From positions 183,507 to 247,506 of the forward strand of contig CAWGTP010000006.1 of assembly GCA_963825535.1 (NCBI GenBank): DNA of 64,000 bases, read 5' to 3'. This document shows positions 26,614-35,180 of the stretch, piece after piece; the stretch's first letter is position 1; each line of letters opens with the position of its first letter. Made by a program: the position numbers and the translations under genes. The stretch is from an uncultured Solirubrobacterales bacterium (GTDB lineage: Bacteria > Actinomycetota > Thermoleophilia > Solirubrobacterales > Thermoleophilaceae). The notes under the pieces were generated by a model. It had not been told where the DNA came from, made no database searches, and saw only the letters and a list, made by a program, of their open reading frames with translations.

Positions 26614-27258
26614 CTAGCGGGCCAGCTCGGCCAGGAAGGGGTTCGTGGCGCGCTCGGCGCCGAGCGTGGTCTGGCCCATGTGGCCGGGGTGCACGGCCGT
26701 CTCGGCGGGCAGCGAGTCGACCAGGGCACGGATCGACTCCAGTAGCGTCGGCCAGTCGCCGCCGGGCAGGTCGACGCGGCCGACCGAGCCCTGGAACAGC
26801 ACGTCGCCGGAGAACACCGCCTGTTCGTCGGGAATCGAGAAGGTCACGTGCCCCGGGCTGTGGCCGGGCGTGAACACGACGTCGATGCCGAAGCCGGCCA
26901 GCTCGAGCCGCTCGCCGCCGGCCACGGTGTGCTCGGCGTCCCAGTCCTCGAACGGGCCGAAGCCCGGCCACGGCACGTAGGCGTTGATGTCGGCCAGCAC
27001 CTGCTTCTCGGCCTCCGGAACCCACACCTCGGCGCCGGTGGCCTTGGCGATCGGCGCGACCGCTCCGATGTGGTCGAAATGGGTGTGCGTCACCAGGATG
27101 CCGTCCAGGGTCAGCCCGGCCTCGTCGATCGCGCCGAGCAGCCGCGGCGCCTCCTCGCCCGGGTCCACGATCAGCGCCCGGTCGGAGCCCTCGCGGTTGA
27201 TCAGGAAGGTGTTCTCCTGCACAGGCCCGACGGTGAACATCCGCACTTCCATGCTCAT
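26614..27258 (-). CDS. MBL-fold metallo-hydrolase (glyoxalase II-like)
   Basis: 214 aa with THTHFDHIG (HxHxDH) and TPGHSPGH. ATGA overlap with the upstream small ORF fixes the start. The 433-aa ORF in the track is an out-of-gene extension. Confidence 0.88.
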   Translation of the reverse strand: MSMEVRMFTVGPVQENTFLINREGSDRALIVDPGEEAPRLLGAIDEAGLTLDGILVTHTHFDHIGAVAPIAKATGAEVWVPEAEKQVLADINAYVPWPGFGPFEDWDAEHTVAGGERLELAGFGIDVVFTPGHSPGHVTFSIPDEQAVFSGDVLFQGSVGRVDLPGGDWPTLLESIRALVDSLPAETAVHPGHMGQTTLGAERATNPFLAELAR

Positions 27259-27599
27259 CGTTTCCGGCGGTTGCGGAAGTTGTAGACCGCCTTGTCGGTC
27301 AGATACCCGAGCGGGATGTAGAGCACGAACATGAACGCGGCCAGCGCGGCACCCTGGATCGGCGCGCGGCCGAACGCGACCACTACCAGCAGCCCGAACA
27401 CGGCCGCGGCGATGGCCGCACGGTTCACCGCTCCGCGCCAGGTTGGTGGGCGGTTCAGGCGCTCGCGGCGCTGATCGCGTGCGGCCTGCTTGGGATCTGC
27501 CTTGCGCTTGGTCCCGCTTCCCGGCCGGCCCGCGCGCTCGATCGTCCCGGCGGGCGTGCCGCGGTGCTTGCGCGAACGCTTCTTCTTCGTCTGCGCCAT
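27255..27599 (-). CDS. small basic membrane protein, hypothetical
   Basis: 114 aa. Lys/Arg-rich N-terminal ~55 aa followed by two hydrophobic helices (AAIAAAVFGLLVVVAF, AALAAFMFVLYIPLGY). High GC3. Overlaps both neighbours at its start and stop. Confidence 0.6.
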   Translation of the reverse strand: MAQTKKKRSRKHRGTPAGTIERAGRPGSGTKRKADPKQAARDQRRERLNRPPTWRGAVNRAAIAAAVFGLLVVVAFGRAPIQGAALAAFMFVLYIPLGYLTDKAVYNFRNRRKR

Positions 27600-28486
27600 C
27601 AGGAATGTGAGCGTAACGCGTTCTCGAGCAGGTGAAGAGCGGGATCGAAGTCCCTGAGCGGGACATCGGCGGGGAAGCCCTCGAACGCCGCCTCCGGCGC
27701 CAGCCCGACCAGCTCGGCTTCCGCGACCGGCGCCCGGGCGCGCACCGCCGCGACCACCGCCGCCAGCGGCGTGGCCCGGTGGTCGTGCACGTTCGTCGAC
27801 ACCTGGGCGCGGCTGCGCCCGTCCAGGCGAAGACCGATCGCGCGCACGCCCGGCAGGCCTCCCGGGGCCGACTCGCGGATCGCGGCGGCCACCGACCGCG
27901 CCAGCTCGAGGTCATCGGTGTCCAGGTCCACGTTGAACGCCACCAGCGGAGGCCGGGCCGTGGCCAGCGCCGCGCCCGCGGTCGGGTGTGCGCGCGGCGG
28001 GCCGAAGTCGGGGACCAGCTCCCCGCGCTCGATCCTGCCGGCCAGCGCGCGCCAGCCGCCCCGGCGCAGATCGGCCCGCTCGCGGTGCTCGGGACGGGTG
28101 GCCAGCGCGCCGTACAGGAACACCGGCAGCTCGAGCTCGTCGCCCACGCGCGCGGCCGCCGTGATCACCTCGGCGCACGCCGACCCGCGGCGATCGTCGT
28201 CGAGGTGGACCACGGGCATCACATCCAGGGCGCCGACGCACGGGTGCAGCCCCTGGTGCACGTTCAGGTCGATCGCCGCCACCGCCGCGGCGGCGCCTTC
28301 CACCAGCGCGTCGGCCAGCGCCCCCTGGGCACCGGCAAGGGTGAACACCGACCGGTTGTGGTCGGCGTCCGAATGGATGTCCAGGACGGCCACGCCGCCG
28401 AACGCGGCCCGCAGGCGCTCCAGGCGCGCACGGTCACGGCCCTCGCTCAGGTTCGGTATCGCCATGAGCTGGTGCTTCGGTGGCAT
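27599..28486 (-). CDS. glutamate formimidoyltransferase (FtcD N-terminal, formiminotransferase-only)
   Basis: IPNLSEGRD, SDADHNRSVFTL, HPCVGALDV, PDFGP...HPTAGA and PLVAFNVDLDTDDLELA all match the formiminotransferase domain. There is no cyclodeaminase domain. Start is ATG 28486 or 28465. Confidence 0.88.
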   Translation of the reverse strand: MPPKHQLMAIPNLSEGRDRARLERLRAAFGGVAVLDIHSDADHNRSVFTLAGAQGALADALVEGAAAAVAAIDLNVHQGLHPCVGALDVMPVVHLDDDRRGSACAEVITAAARVGDELELPVFLYGALATRPEHRERADLRRGGWRALAGRIERGELVPDFGPPRAHPTAGAALATARPPLVAFNVDLDTDDLELARSVAAAIRESAPGGLPGVRAIGLRLDGRSRAQVSTNVHDHRATPLAAVVAAVRARAPVAEAELVGLAPEAAFEGFPADVPLRDFDPALHLLENALRSHS

Positions 28487-28676
28487 GCGGGCATCATGAA
28501 GGCCGCGGGGCGAGCGCACGGCCCTGGCTGGGGCGCCCGGGTGGGCCCACGATGACCGTGTGGCCTCGCGGGCCCGGAATGGTGCGTCCATCGACGCCAT
28601 TCGTGCCCTACGACCGGGTAAGGCGGTCGCGGGCCGGAAACAGCGCCCTCTCCGGCGCGTATCCTCCGGGGAGCGC

Positions 28677-28750
28677 GGCTCCGTAGCTCAGTTGGTAAGA
28701 GCGCACGACTCATAATCGTGAGGTCCCTGGTTCGAGTCCAGGCGGAGCTA
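28677..28750 (+). tRNA. tRNA-Met (anticodon CAT), elongator-like
   Basis: Manual cloverleaf: acceptor GGCTCCG/CGGAGCT (pair 1-72 is G-T), D arm GCTC/GAGC, anticodon arm CACGA-CTCATAA-TCGTG, T arm CCTGG-TTCGAGT-CCAGG, discriminator A. No encoded CCA and no initiator-type GGG/CCC anticodon stem. An Ile2 (lysidine) identity cannot be excluded. Confidence 0.85.
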
Positions 28751-28767
28751 TCGGTTGGAAGAACGAA

Positions 28768-29395
28768 TCAGCAGCAGGCGTCGCCGTGCCACGACTCGTA
28801 GCCCTCGTACACGGCCAGTCCGGCGATGAGCAGGCCCACCGCGGGGTCGAGCCACCACGCCCCGAGCAGGGCGTTGCCGACAAGGCCGACCAGCAGCGCC
28901 GCCGCGAGGTAGGCACACAGGAGGTTCTGCTTGCCCTCGCTGGCCGTGGCCGACGAGCTCATACGGGCGCCGATCGCCTGCTTGGCCCGGCCGAGGTACG
29001 GCATGACGACCAGGCTGCTGGCCGCAAGGGCGATCCCGACCACGCTGACGTCCGGGTGGTGGCCCTCGATCAGGGTCCGGACCGACTCGATGGCGACGTA
29101 CGGGGCGAGGATGAAGAACTGAACCGCGACGAGCTTCTGCGCCCGTCCCTCTGCCGCGTGGGAGAGGGTGCGAGACCCCGGTGAAGCGCCACACGATCAC
29201 GACGGACGCGAAACCCTCGATGGCCGAGTCGATGCCGAACCCGATCAACGCGATCGACCCGGCCGCGATCCCGGCCACGATGCCGACGGCACCCTCGACG
29301 ACCATGTAGCCGAGGCTGGCCCAGGACAGCCATTTGGCCCGTTGGGCGAGGCGGAGATAGTCGGCTGAGCCGTGCGCTACCCGTGCGGCTTCCAC
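28768..29395 (-). pseudogene. small cation-efflux-like membrane protein, disrupted by a 1-nt insertion in a G4 run
   Basis: The N-half (…IALIGFGIDSAIEGFASVVIVWRFTG) and the C-half (SRTLSHAAEGRAQKLVAVQFFILAPYVAIES…LCAYL…WWLDP…EGYESWHGDACC) are in frames one base apart. The junction is at CCCC 29176-29179 (+ strand). Confidence 0.7.
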
Positions 29396-29452
29396 GATCC
29401 GAGGCTACCCGTGCAGGCAATCCGGAGCGCGCTCCGGGACCGTAGACCGTTC

Positions 29453-29902
29453 ATGAAGGTCCACGTCCTCGAGCGCGAGCAGCTCCTGCCCCACCCGGTC
29501 GAGCGGGTGTTCCCGTTCTTCGCCGACGCGCGCAACCTGGAGCGCATCACCCCTCCCCTGCTGGGCTTCGAGGTGGCCGGCGACGCGCCGGCCGAGATGC
29601 GTGCGGGCGCGATCATCCAGTACCGCCTGAGGCTGCATGGGCTGCCGGTGGATTGGCTGACCAGGATCGACGAGTGGGAGCCCGGCGTGCGGTTCGTCGA
29701 TCAGCAGCTCGTGGGCCCCTACCGGCTGTGGCATCACACCCACACGTTCGAGCCGCGCGGCGACGGAACGCTGATGCGCGACACGGTCCGGTACGCGCTG
29801 CCGATGTGGCCGCTCGGCGAGCTGGCGCTGCCGCTGGTGCGGCGCGACCTGCGGCGGATCTTCGACTTCCGCCGCGACAGCGTCGGCGCGTTGCTGGGTT
29901 GA
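29453..29902 (+). CDS. SRPBCC-superfamily protein (polyketide cyclase/dehydrase-like fold)
   Basis: 149 aa from ATG 29453 (MKVHVLEREQLLPHPVERVFPFFADARNLERITPP…WHHTHTFEP), typical of the SRPBCC ligand-binding family. Confidence 0.7.
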   Translation: MKVHVLEREQLLPHPVERVFPFFADARNLERITPPLLGFEVAGDAPAEMRAGAIIQYRLRLHGLPVDWLTRIDEWEPGVRFVDQQLVGPYRLWHHTHTFEPRGDGTLMRDTVRYALPMWPLGELALPLVRRDLRRIFDFRRDSVGALLG

Positions 29903-29904
29903 CT

Positions 29905-29918
29905 TCAAGCGCGCTTGA
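29905..29918. promoter_or_regulatory. perfect 14-nt palindrome TCAAGCGCGCTTGA (hairpin terminator or operator)
   Basis: Read directly. Lies 3 nt after the SRPBCC stop codon and about 48 nt before the ABC exporter start. Confidence 0.3.
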
Positions 29919-29965
29919 GCTTCTAGCATCGGGAGAAATGATGCTTCAGAAAGTAAAGTGAGGGC

Positions 29966-31732
29966 GTGAAGGTCTTTCGGAGACTGCTGGGCTTCCTGCG
30001 CCCCTACCGCCGCGGCGTGATCGGCTCGCTGCTGCTGGCCGCGGCCGCGATGGGCACCGGCGTGATGATCCCGTTCCTGGTCGGCCGCACGATCGACGAC
30101 ATCCGCGGCGGCGGCGACAGCCTGTGGGTGCTGGCCGGCGTGCTGGTGGCCGCCGGAGTGCTGCGGCTGGCCTTCAGCGTCGTCCGGCGGCTGGTGGCAG
30201 GGCGCGTGTCGCTCGGCGTGGAGTTCGACCTGCGCAACCTGATGTACCGCCACCTGCAGTCGCTCGAGCTGAGCTTCTTCGACGGCCAGCAGACCGGCCA
30301 GCTGATGTCACGCTCGACCGTCGACCTCCAGTCGGTGCGGTTCTTCCTCGGCTACGGGCTGATCTTCATGATGCAGTCGGCCCTGGCCATCCTTATCGCC
30401 GCCGGCGTGATGCTCGCGGTCAACCCGCTGCTGGCCGCGGTCGCACTGGCACCGATGCCGCTAGTCATCTGGGTGGCCGCCCGCTACGGGAAGCTGAACC
30501 GGCCCGCCGCGCAGGAGGTGCAGCAGCGGATCGCGGAGCTGACCGCGGAGGCCGAGGAGAACGTGGGCGGAGTGCGCGTGGTCAAGGCGTTCGCGCAGGA
30601 GCGGCGCCAGGTCAAGCGCTTCGACCGCGCCGTCACGCGCGTGTTCGACCAGTCGATGGTGTCCACGCGGCTGCGCGCGTTCTACAACCCGTTCCTGGGC
30701 TTCCTGCCCCAGCTCGGCCTGGCGGCGATCATCCTGGTCGGGGGGCGGCAGGTGATCAACGGCGCCATCTCGATCGGGGACTTCGTGGCCTTCTATGGCT
30801 ACGTGGTCATGCTCGTCGGCCCGATGCGCATGCTCGGTGTGTCGTTGGGCATGGCCCAGCGTGCCGTGGCATCGGGCAACCGCGTGTTCGAGATCCTGGA
30901 CCGCGCGCCGCGGCTGACCGCGCCCGACGACGCTTCGGCGCTGCCGGCGGGCGGCGGGCACGTGCGCATGAGCGGCGTGTCGTTCGGCTACGAGGGAGGC
31001 GCCGGCGAGGTGCTGCGCGACATCGAGCTGGACGTCCCGGCCGGCCGGACGGTGGCCGTGGTTGGCGCCACCGGGTCCGGCAAGAGCACGCTGGTCATGC
31101 TGATCCCGCGGCTCTACGACGTGGACCTCGGAGCGGTCACGATCGACGGCGTCGACGTCCGGGACGTAGACCTGGAGTCGCTGCGCCACGAGATCGCGCT
31201 CGTTTCCGACGACGCGTTCCTGTTCAGCGCCTCGCTTCGCGACAACATCGCCTACGCGCGGCCCGAGGCCGCCGATGAAGAGGTGGCCGAGGCCGCCGCG
31301 CGCGCTGGGCTTACCGAGGTGGTCGCGGGCCTGCCCGACGGCTACGACACGCTCGTGGGCGAGCGCGGCCTGACCCTCTCCGGCGGCCAGCGCCAGCGCG
31401 TGGCGATCGCGCGAGCGCTGCTGGCGGCGCCGCGGGTGCTGATCCTGGACGACGCCACGTCCAGCGTGGACGCCACGACCGAGAGCGCGATCAAGAAGGC
31501 ACTTGCCGAGGTCATGGAGGGCCGCACCACGTTCGTGATCGCGCACCGGATGTCCACGATCTCGCTGGCCGACGAGGTGATCGTGCTCGAGGACGGCCGG
31601 ATAGCCGCGCAAGGCACGCACGACGAGCTTCTCGAGCGCTCGCCGCTGTACCGCGAGATCGCCGAGCGCGGCCTGCCGGACCCGCGCGTGCTCGCGGCCG
31701 CCAACGAGGGCCGGCAGGTCGCGGGCCTGTGA
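29966..31732 (+). CDS. ABC exporter half-transporter (TMD-NBD), subunit with a non-canonical catalytic residue
   Basis: Six-TM exporter domain. Walker A GATGSGKST, signature LSGGQRQR, Walker B LILDDATSSVD (Asp where the catalytic Glu is expected). Confidence 0.9.
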   Translation: MKVFRRLLGFLRPYRRGVIGSLLLAAAAMGTGVMIPFLVGRTIDDIRGGGDSLWVLAGVLVAAGVLRLAFSVVRRLVAGRVSLGVEFDLRNLMYRHLQSLELSFFDGQQTGQLMSRSTVDLQSVRFFLGYGLIFMMQSALAILIAAGVMLAVNPLLAAVALAPMPLVIWVAARYGKLNRPAAQEVQQRIAELTAEAEENVGGVRVVKAFAQERRQVKRFDRAVTRVFDQSMVSTRLRAFYNPFLGFLPQLGLAAIILVGGRQVINGAISIGDFVAFYGYVVMLVGPMRMLGVSLGMAQRAVASGNRVFEILDRAPRLTAPDDASALPAGGGHVRMSGVSFGYEGGAGEVLRDIELDVPAGRTVAVVGATGSGKSTLVMLIPRLYDVDLGAVTIDGVDVRDVDLESLRHEIALVSDDAFLFSASLRDNIAYARPEAADEEVAEAAARAGLTEVVAGLPDGYDTLVGERGLTLSGGQRQRVAIARALLAAPRVLILDDATSSVDATTESAIKKALAEVMEGRTTFVIAHRMSTISLADEVIVLEDGRIAAQGTHDELLERSPLYREIAERGLPDPRVLAAANEGRQVAGL

Positions 31733-33507
31733 GCGGCCTACGCGCCAACTGGGCGACTGTGCGGGCCGAGCGCGGCCGCGCCCGCCGGCTCGGCAAGCTG
31801 GCCGCGCTGCTGCGCCCCTACCGCGGCCGCGTCGTGCTGATGTTCATCACGCTGGTGATCGCGACCGCGGCTGCGCTGGCGCCCGCCTACCTGGCCGGGC
31901 GCGCCATCGACGCGGGGATCCGCGACAAGGACACCACGGCGCTCACCTGGATCATGGTGGCCTTCGTGGGCGCGGGCCTGGTCAACTTCGCCGCCACCTA
32001 CGCGCAGACGTACCTGACCAGCTGGGTCGGCCAGCGCGCGCTGCAGGACCTGCGCCGCCAGATCTTCCGCCACCTCCAGCGGCTGTCGATCGGCTTCTAC
32101 TCACGCAACAAGGCGGGCGTGCTGATCTCACGTATGACCAACGACGTGCAGGCGCTGGACCAGCTCGTAACCGACGGCATCGTGACGCTGTTCTCGGCCT
32201 CGCTGACGTTGATCGGCACCGCCGCGATCCTGATGGCGATGGACGTCAAGCTGGCGCTGATCACGTTCACGGTGTTCCCGGTGCTGGCGATCGCCAGCGT
32301 CGCCTTTCGGATCGCGTCGGCGGACGCCTACCGGATGACCAGGGAGAAGATCGCCTCGATCACCTCCTATCTCCAGGAGACGCTCTCGGGGGTGAGGATC
32401 GTGCGCGCGTTCGGCCAGGAGCCACGGCACGAGCGCCAGTTCACCGGCCTCAACGACGAGAACCGCGACGCGAACATGAAGACCGTCTACCTGAACGCCG
32501 CCTACTTCCCGTCGGTAGAGCTGCTGTCCGCCGTCGCAACCGCGGTGATCCTGGTCTATGGCGGCAACCAGGTGGTCGACGGCGCCGTGTCGATCGGCGT
32601 GCTCGCCTCGTTCGTGTTCTACCTGGCCACGTTCTTCGACCCGATCCAGCAGCTCTCGCAGCTGTACACGACCTACCAGTCGGGCATGGCTGCGCTGGAC
32701 AAGATCTTCGGGCTGTTGGCCGAACAGCCCGAGATCGAGGACGCACCCGGCGCGACCGAGCTGCCGCCGGTCAAGGGCCAGATCGACTTCGACGGCGTTT
32801 GCTTCTCATACGGCAACGACGAGGTCCTGCACGCGATCGACCTGCATGTGCCGCCGGGCCAGACCGTCGCGCTCGTGGGCGCCACGGGCGCGGGGAAATC
32901 CACGCTGGCCAAGCTGGTGGCGCGCTTCTACGACCCCACATCGGGCCGGATCGCCATCGACGGCCACGACCTGCGCGACGTGACCGAGCACTCGCTGCGC
33001 TCCCAGCTGGGCACGGTGCCCCAGGAGGGCTTCCTGTTCTCCGGCAGCATCCGCGAGAACATCGGCTTCGGCGCCCCCGAGGCGGGTGACGAGGAGGTCG
33101 AGGCCGCGGCTCGGGCCGTGGGCGCCAGCGAGTTCATCGAGCGGCTTCCCGGCGGCTACGACACCGAGGTCGGTGAGCGCGGCGGCCACCTGTCCGCCGG
33201 CCAGCGCCAGCTGGTCGCCTTCGCCCGCGCCGCCGCCGCCGACCCACGCGTGCTGATCCTCGACGAGGCGACCTCGAACGTGGACGTGGCGACCGAGGCG
33301 CGGATCGAGCACGGCCTGCGCCGGCTGCTGGCCGGGCGCACCGCGATCGTGATCGCGCATCGGCTGTCGACGATCCAGGACGCCGGGCGGATCGTGGTGC
33401 TCGAGCACGGCCGGATCGCCGAGCAGGGCACGCACGACGAGCTGCTGGCCGCCGGCGGCGCCTACGCGCGGCTGTACGAGGACTGGGCGCGGCAGGCAGC
33501 CGCGTAG
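31729..33507 (+). CDS. ABC exporter half-transporter (TMD-NBD), canonical catalytic subunit
   Basis: Walker A GATGAGKST, Walker B LILDEATSNVD (canonical Glu), signature LSAGQRQL (deviant). 4-nt overlap with the partner gene. Confidence 0.9.
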   Translation: MSGLRANWATVRAERGRARRLGKLAALLRPYRGRVVLMFITLVIATAAALAPAYLAGRAIDAGIRDKDTTALTWIMVAFVGAGLVNFAATYAQTYLTSWVGQRALQDLRRQIFRHLQRLSIGFYSRNKAGVLISRMTNDVQALDQLVTDGIVTLFSASLTLIGTAAILMAMDVKLALITFTVFPVLAIASVAFRIASADAYRMTREKIASITSYLQETLSGVRIVRAFGQEPRHERQFTGLNDENRDANMKTVYLNAAYFPSVELLSAVATAVILVYGGNQVVDGAVSIGVLASFVFYLATFFDPIQQLSQLYTTYQSGMAALDKIFGLLAEQPEIEDAPGATELPPVKGQIDFDGVCFSYGNDEVLHAIDLHVPPGQTVALVGATGAGKSTLAKLVARFYDPTSGRIAIDGHDLRDVTEHSLRSQLGTVPQEGFLFSGSIRENIGFGAPEAGDEEVEAAARAVGASEFIERLPGGYDTEVGERGGHLSAGQRQLVAFARAAAADPRVLILDEATSNVDVATEARIEHGLRRLLAGRTAIVIAHRLSTIQDAGRIVVLEHGRIAEQGTHDELLAAGGAYARLYEDWARQAAA

Positions 33508-33510
33508 CCC

Positions 33511-34152
33511 CTAGCGCCGGTCCTGGCTCGGCGGAGCCGTCACTGAAACGGCGTAGATGATCTCGAAGGCGGCGTCCACGACCTCGGTCAGCCGCTCGGC
33601 CCGGCCCTCCTCGACCACCTCGAGCATCAGCTCGTTGATGCCGGCCACGATCGCGGTGGCCACCGCCGGGCTGATCGGGCGCACGTCGGGCCGGTCGCGA
33701 GCGGCCTGCTCGGACAACCGTACGAACGTGTCGGCGTGGGCCTTGTAGGCCTGCCGCCGCACCCGCAATGCCTCGGGCCCACCGGCCTGGACCTCCAGCA
33801 CCAGCGTCCGCGTGAGCTGGGGGCTTGACGCCGCGACACGCATGTAGGTCAGGCACGCGGCGCGCGCCTTGGCCTCCCAGGTGTCCTCCTGTGCGATCGC
33901 CTGGTCGATCACCCCCAGCATCTGGTCGGTGATCGACATGGCGAGCGCGGCGAAGCACTCGCGCTTGTCGGTGAAGTACTCGTAGAAGGTCCGCTTGGAC
34001 ACGTGCGCATGGCGAACAATGTCGGCCACCGTGGTAGCGCCGAGCTCCTTCTCGGCGAGCGCGGACGCGAGTCCGTTGATCAGACGCCGGCGATAACGAT
34101 CAGATCCGCCGGAATCCCCTGCGCGCGCCTCGGTCCCAATGATCGCGGACAT
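33511..34152 (-). CDS. TetR family transcriptional regulator
   Basis: N-terminal HTH: TTVADIVRHAHVSKRTFYEYFTDKRECF. 213 aa. Divergent from the lipid-kinase operon. Confidence 0.9.
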   Translation of the reverse strand: MSAIIGTEARAGDSGGSDRYRRRLINGLASALAEKELGATTVADIVRHAHVSKRTFYEYFTDKRECFAALAMSITDQMLGVIDQAIAQEDTWEAKARAACLTYMRVAASSPQLTRTLVLEVQAGGPEALRVRRQAYKAHADTFVRLSEQAARDRPDVRPISPAVATAIVAGINELMLEVVEEGRAERLTEVVDAAFEIIYAVSVTAPPSQDRR

Positions 34153-34262
34153 CGGTTTCCTAACCCTACGCCAGCGTGGCCGAGAGTACGGCTACCACGA
34201 TTGGCGGCCTCCGGAAAGCTGAACTAGATTTGGATAGTCGTTAACGAAAGGCGAGGGTAGGC

Positions 34263-35180
34263 ATGCGACTGGCGCGCCGCTCATCTCACGCGTCGGTGAT
34301 CGTGAACGGACGCGCCAGCGGAAGCGTCGATGCCTCCGACCTGCTCGCCGAGGTGGTCGACCACGTCCGCGCTGCGGGCGCCACGGCCGACGGCCTGGTC
34401 ACCCACGATGAAGACGAGCTCCGGGCGGCGCTCGAGCGGGCCGGCGATCGCCGCGCGGTACTCGTCGGCGGCGACGGCACGCTGCACACCGCGCTCAACC
34501 TGCCGATCGAGTTGCCCGAGCTGGCACTGGTGCCGGCCGGGCGGGCGAACAACGTCGCACGTGCCCTCGGCATCCCCAGCGATGCCGGCGCCGCCGCCCG
34601 GTTGGCCGTCAAGGGTCCGGCAGCCGCCCTCGACACCCTGCTGGTGGAGTCCAGCGGACGCTCGACGTACACACTCGAGGCGCTCAGCGCCGGGCTCCAG
34701 GCCGATGCCCGTGGGCGCTACAACGGCCAGAACTCGGCCGATCTCGCAGCCGGCGTGCGCGCGCTGGCGAATGCCATGCGCTCCTACCATCCCTACCCGG
34801 TCGACCTCGAGATCGACGGGGAACAGGCGTTCGCGGGCAGTGCCGGCCAGGTGTTCCTGGCGAACATGCCCTACTTCGGCTTCGGTTTCAGGGTCGATCC
34901 GTACGCCGACCCCTCGGACGGGCTGCTGGAGGCGATCGTGCTCGAGGCTGCGTCGCGGGCATCGGCGGCGAAGCTGCTGATATCGGTCTACCGGGGCCAC
35001 CACCTCCAGCGTGCCGGCGTGCACGTCAGGCGAGGGCGTCGCGCGCGCCTCTCGGGACCGCTGCCGATGGCTTCGGACGGCGAACCGCTCGGAATCGGGT
35101 CGGCGACCATCACGATCGACCCCGACCGGCTGCGGCTGGTCACCCACGGCCTCCCGATGGAGGCGTCATGGCAAGGGTGA
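34263..35180 (+). CDS. diacylglycerol-kinase-catalytic-domain lipid kinase (DgkB/YegS-like)
   Basis: SVIVNGRASG, VLVGGDGTLHTAL (GGDGT motif), LVPAGRANNVARALG. RBS GAGGG lies upstream of the ATG. Confidence 0.85.
   Translation: MRLARRSSHASVIVNGRASGSVDASDLLAEVVDHVRAAGATADGLVTHDEDELRAALERAGDRRAVLVGGDGTLHTALNLPIELPELALVPAGRANNVARALGIPSDAGAAARLAVKGPAAALDTLLVESSGRSTYTLEALSAGLQADARGRYNGQNSADLAAGVRALANAMRSYHPYPVDLEIDGEQAFAGSAGQVFLANMPYFGFGFRVDPYADPSDGLLEAIVLEAASRASAAKLLISVYRGHHLQRAGVHVRRGRRARLSGPLPMASDGEPLGIGSATITIDPDRLRLVTHGLPMEASWQG

Noticed and set aside
26614-27915. 433-aa ORF that would give the MBL hydrolase a ~220-aa N-terminal extension
   Set aside because: The extension is Arg/Pro-rich wrong-frame sequence overlapping two better-supported genes (27255-27599 and ftcD). 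The ATGA overlap at 27255-27258 marks the real start.
28677-29395. tRNA-Met followed by a broken gene (and tRNA-Gln at 38664) as possible integration sites of mobile elements
   Set aside because: There is no integrase, transposase or phage gene, and I could see no direct repeat of either tRNA 3' end. Flanking genes have the same GC3 signature as the rest of the window.
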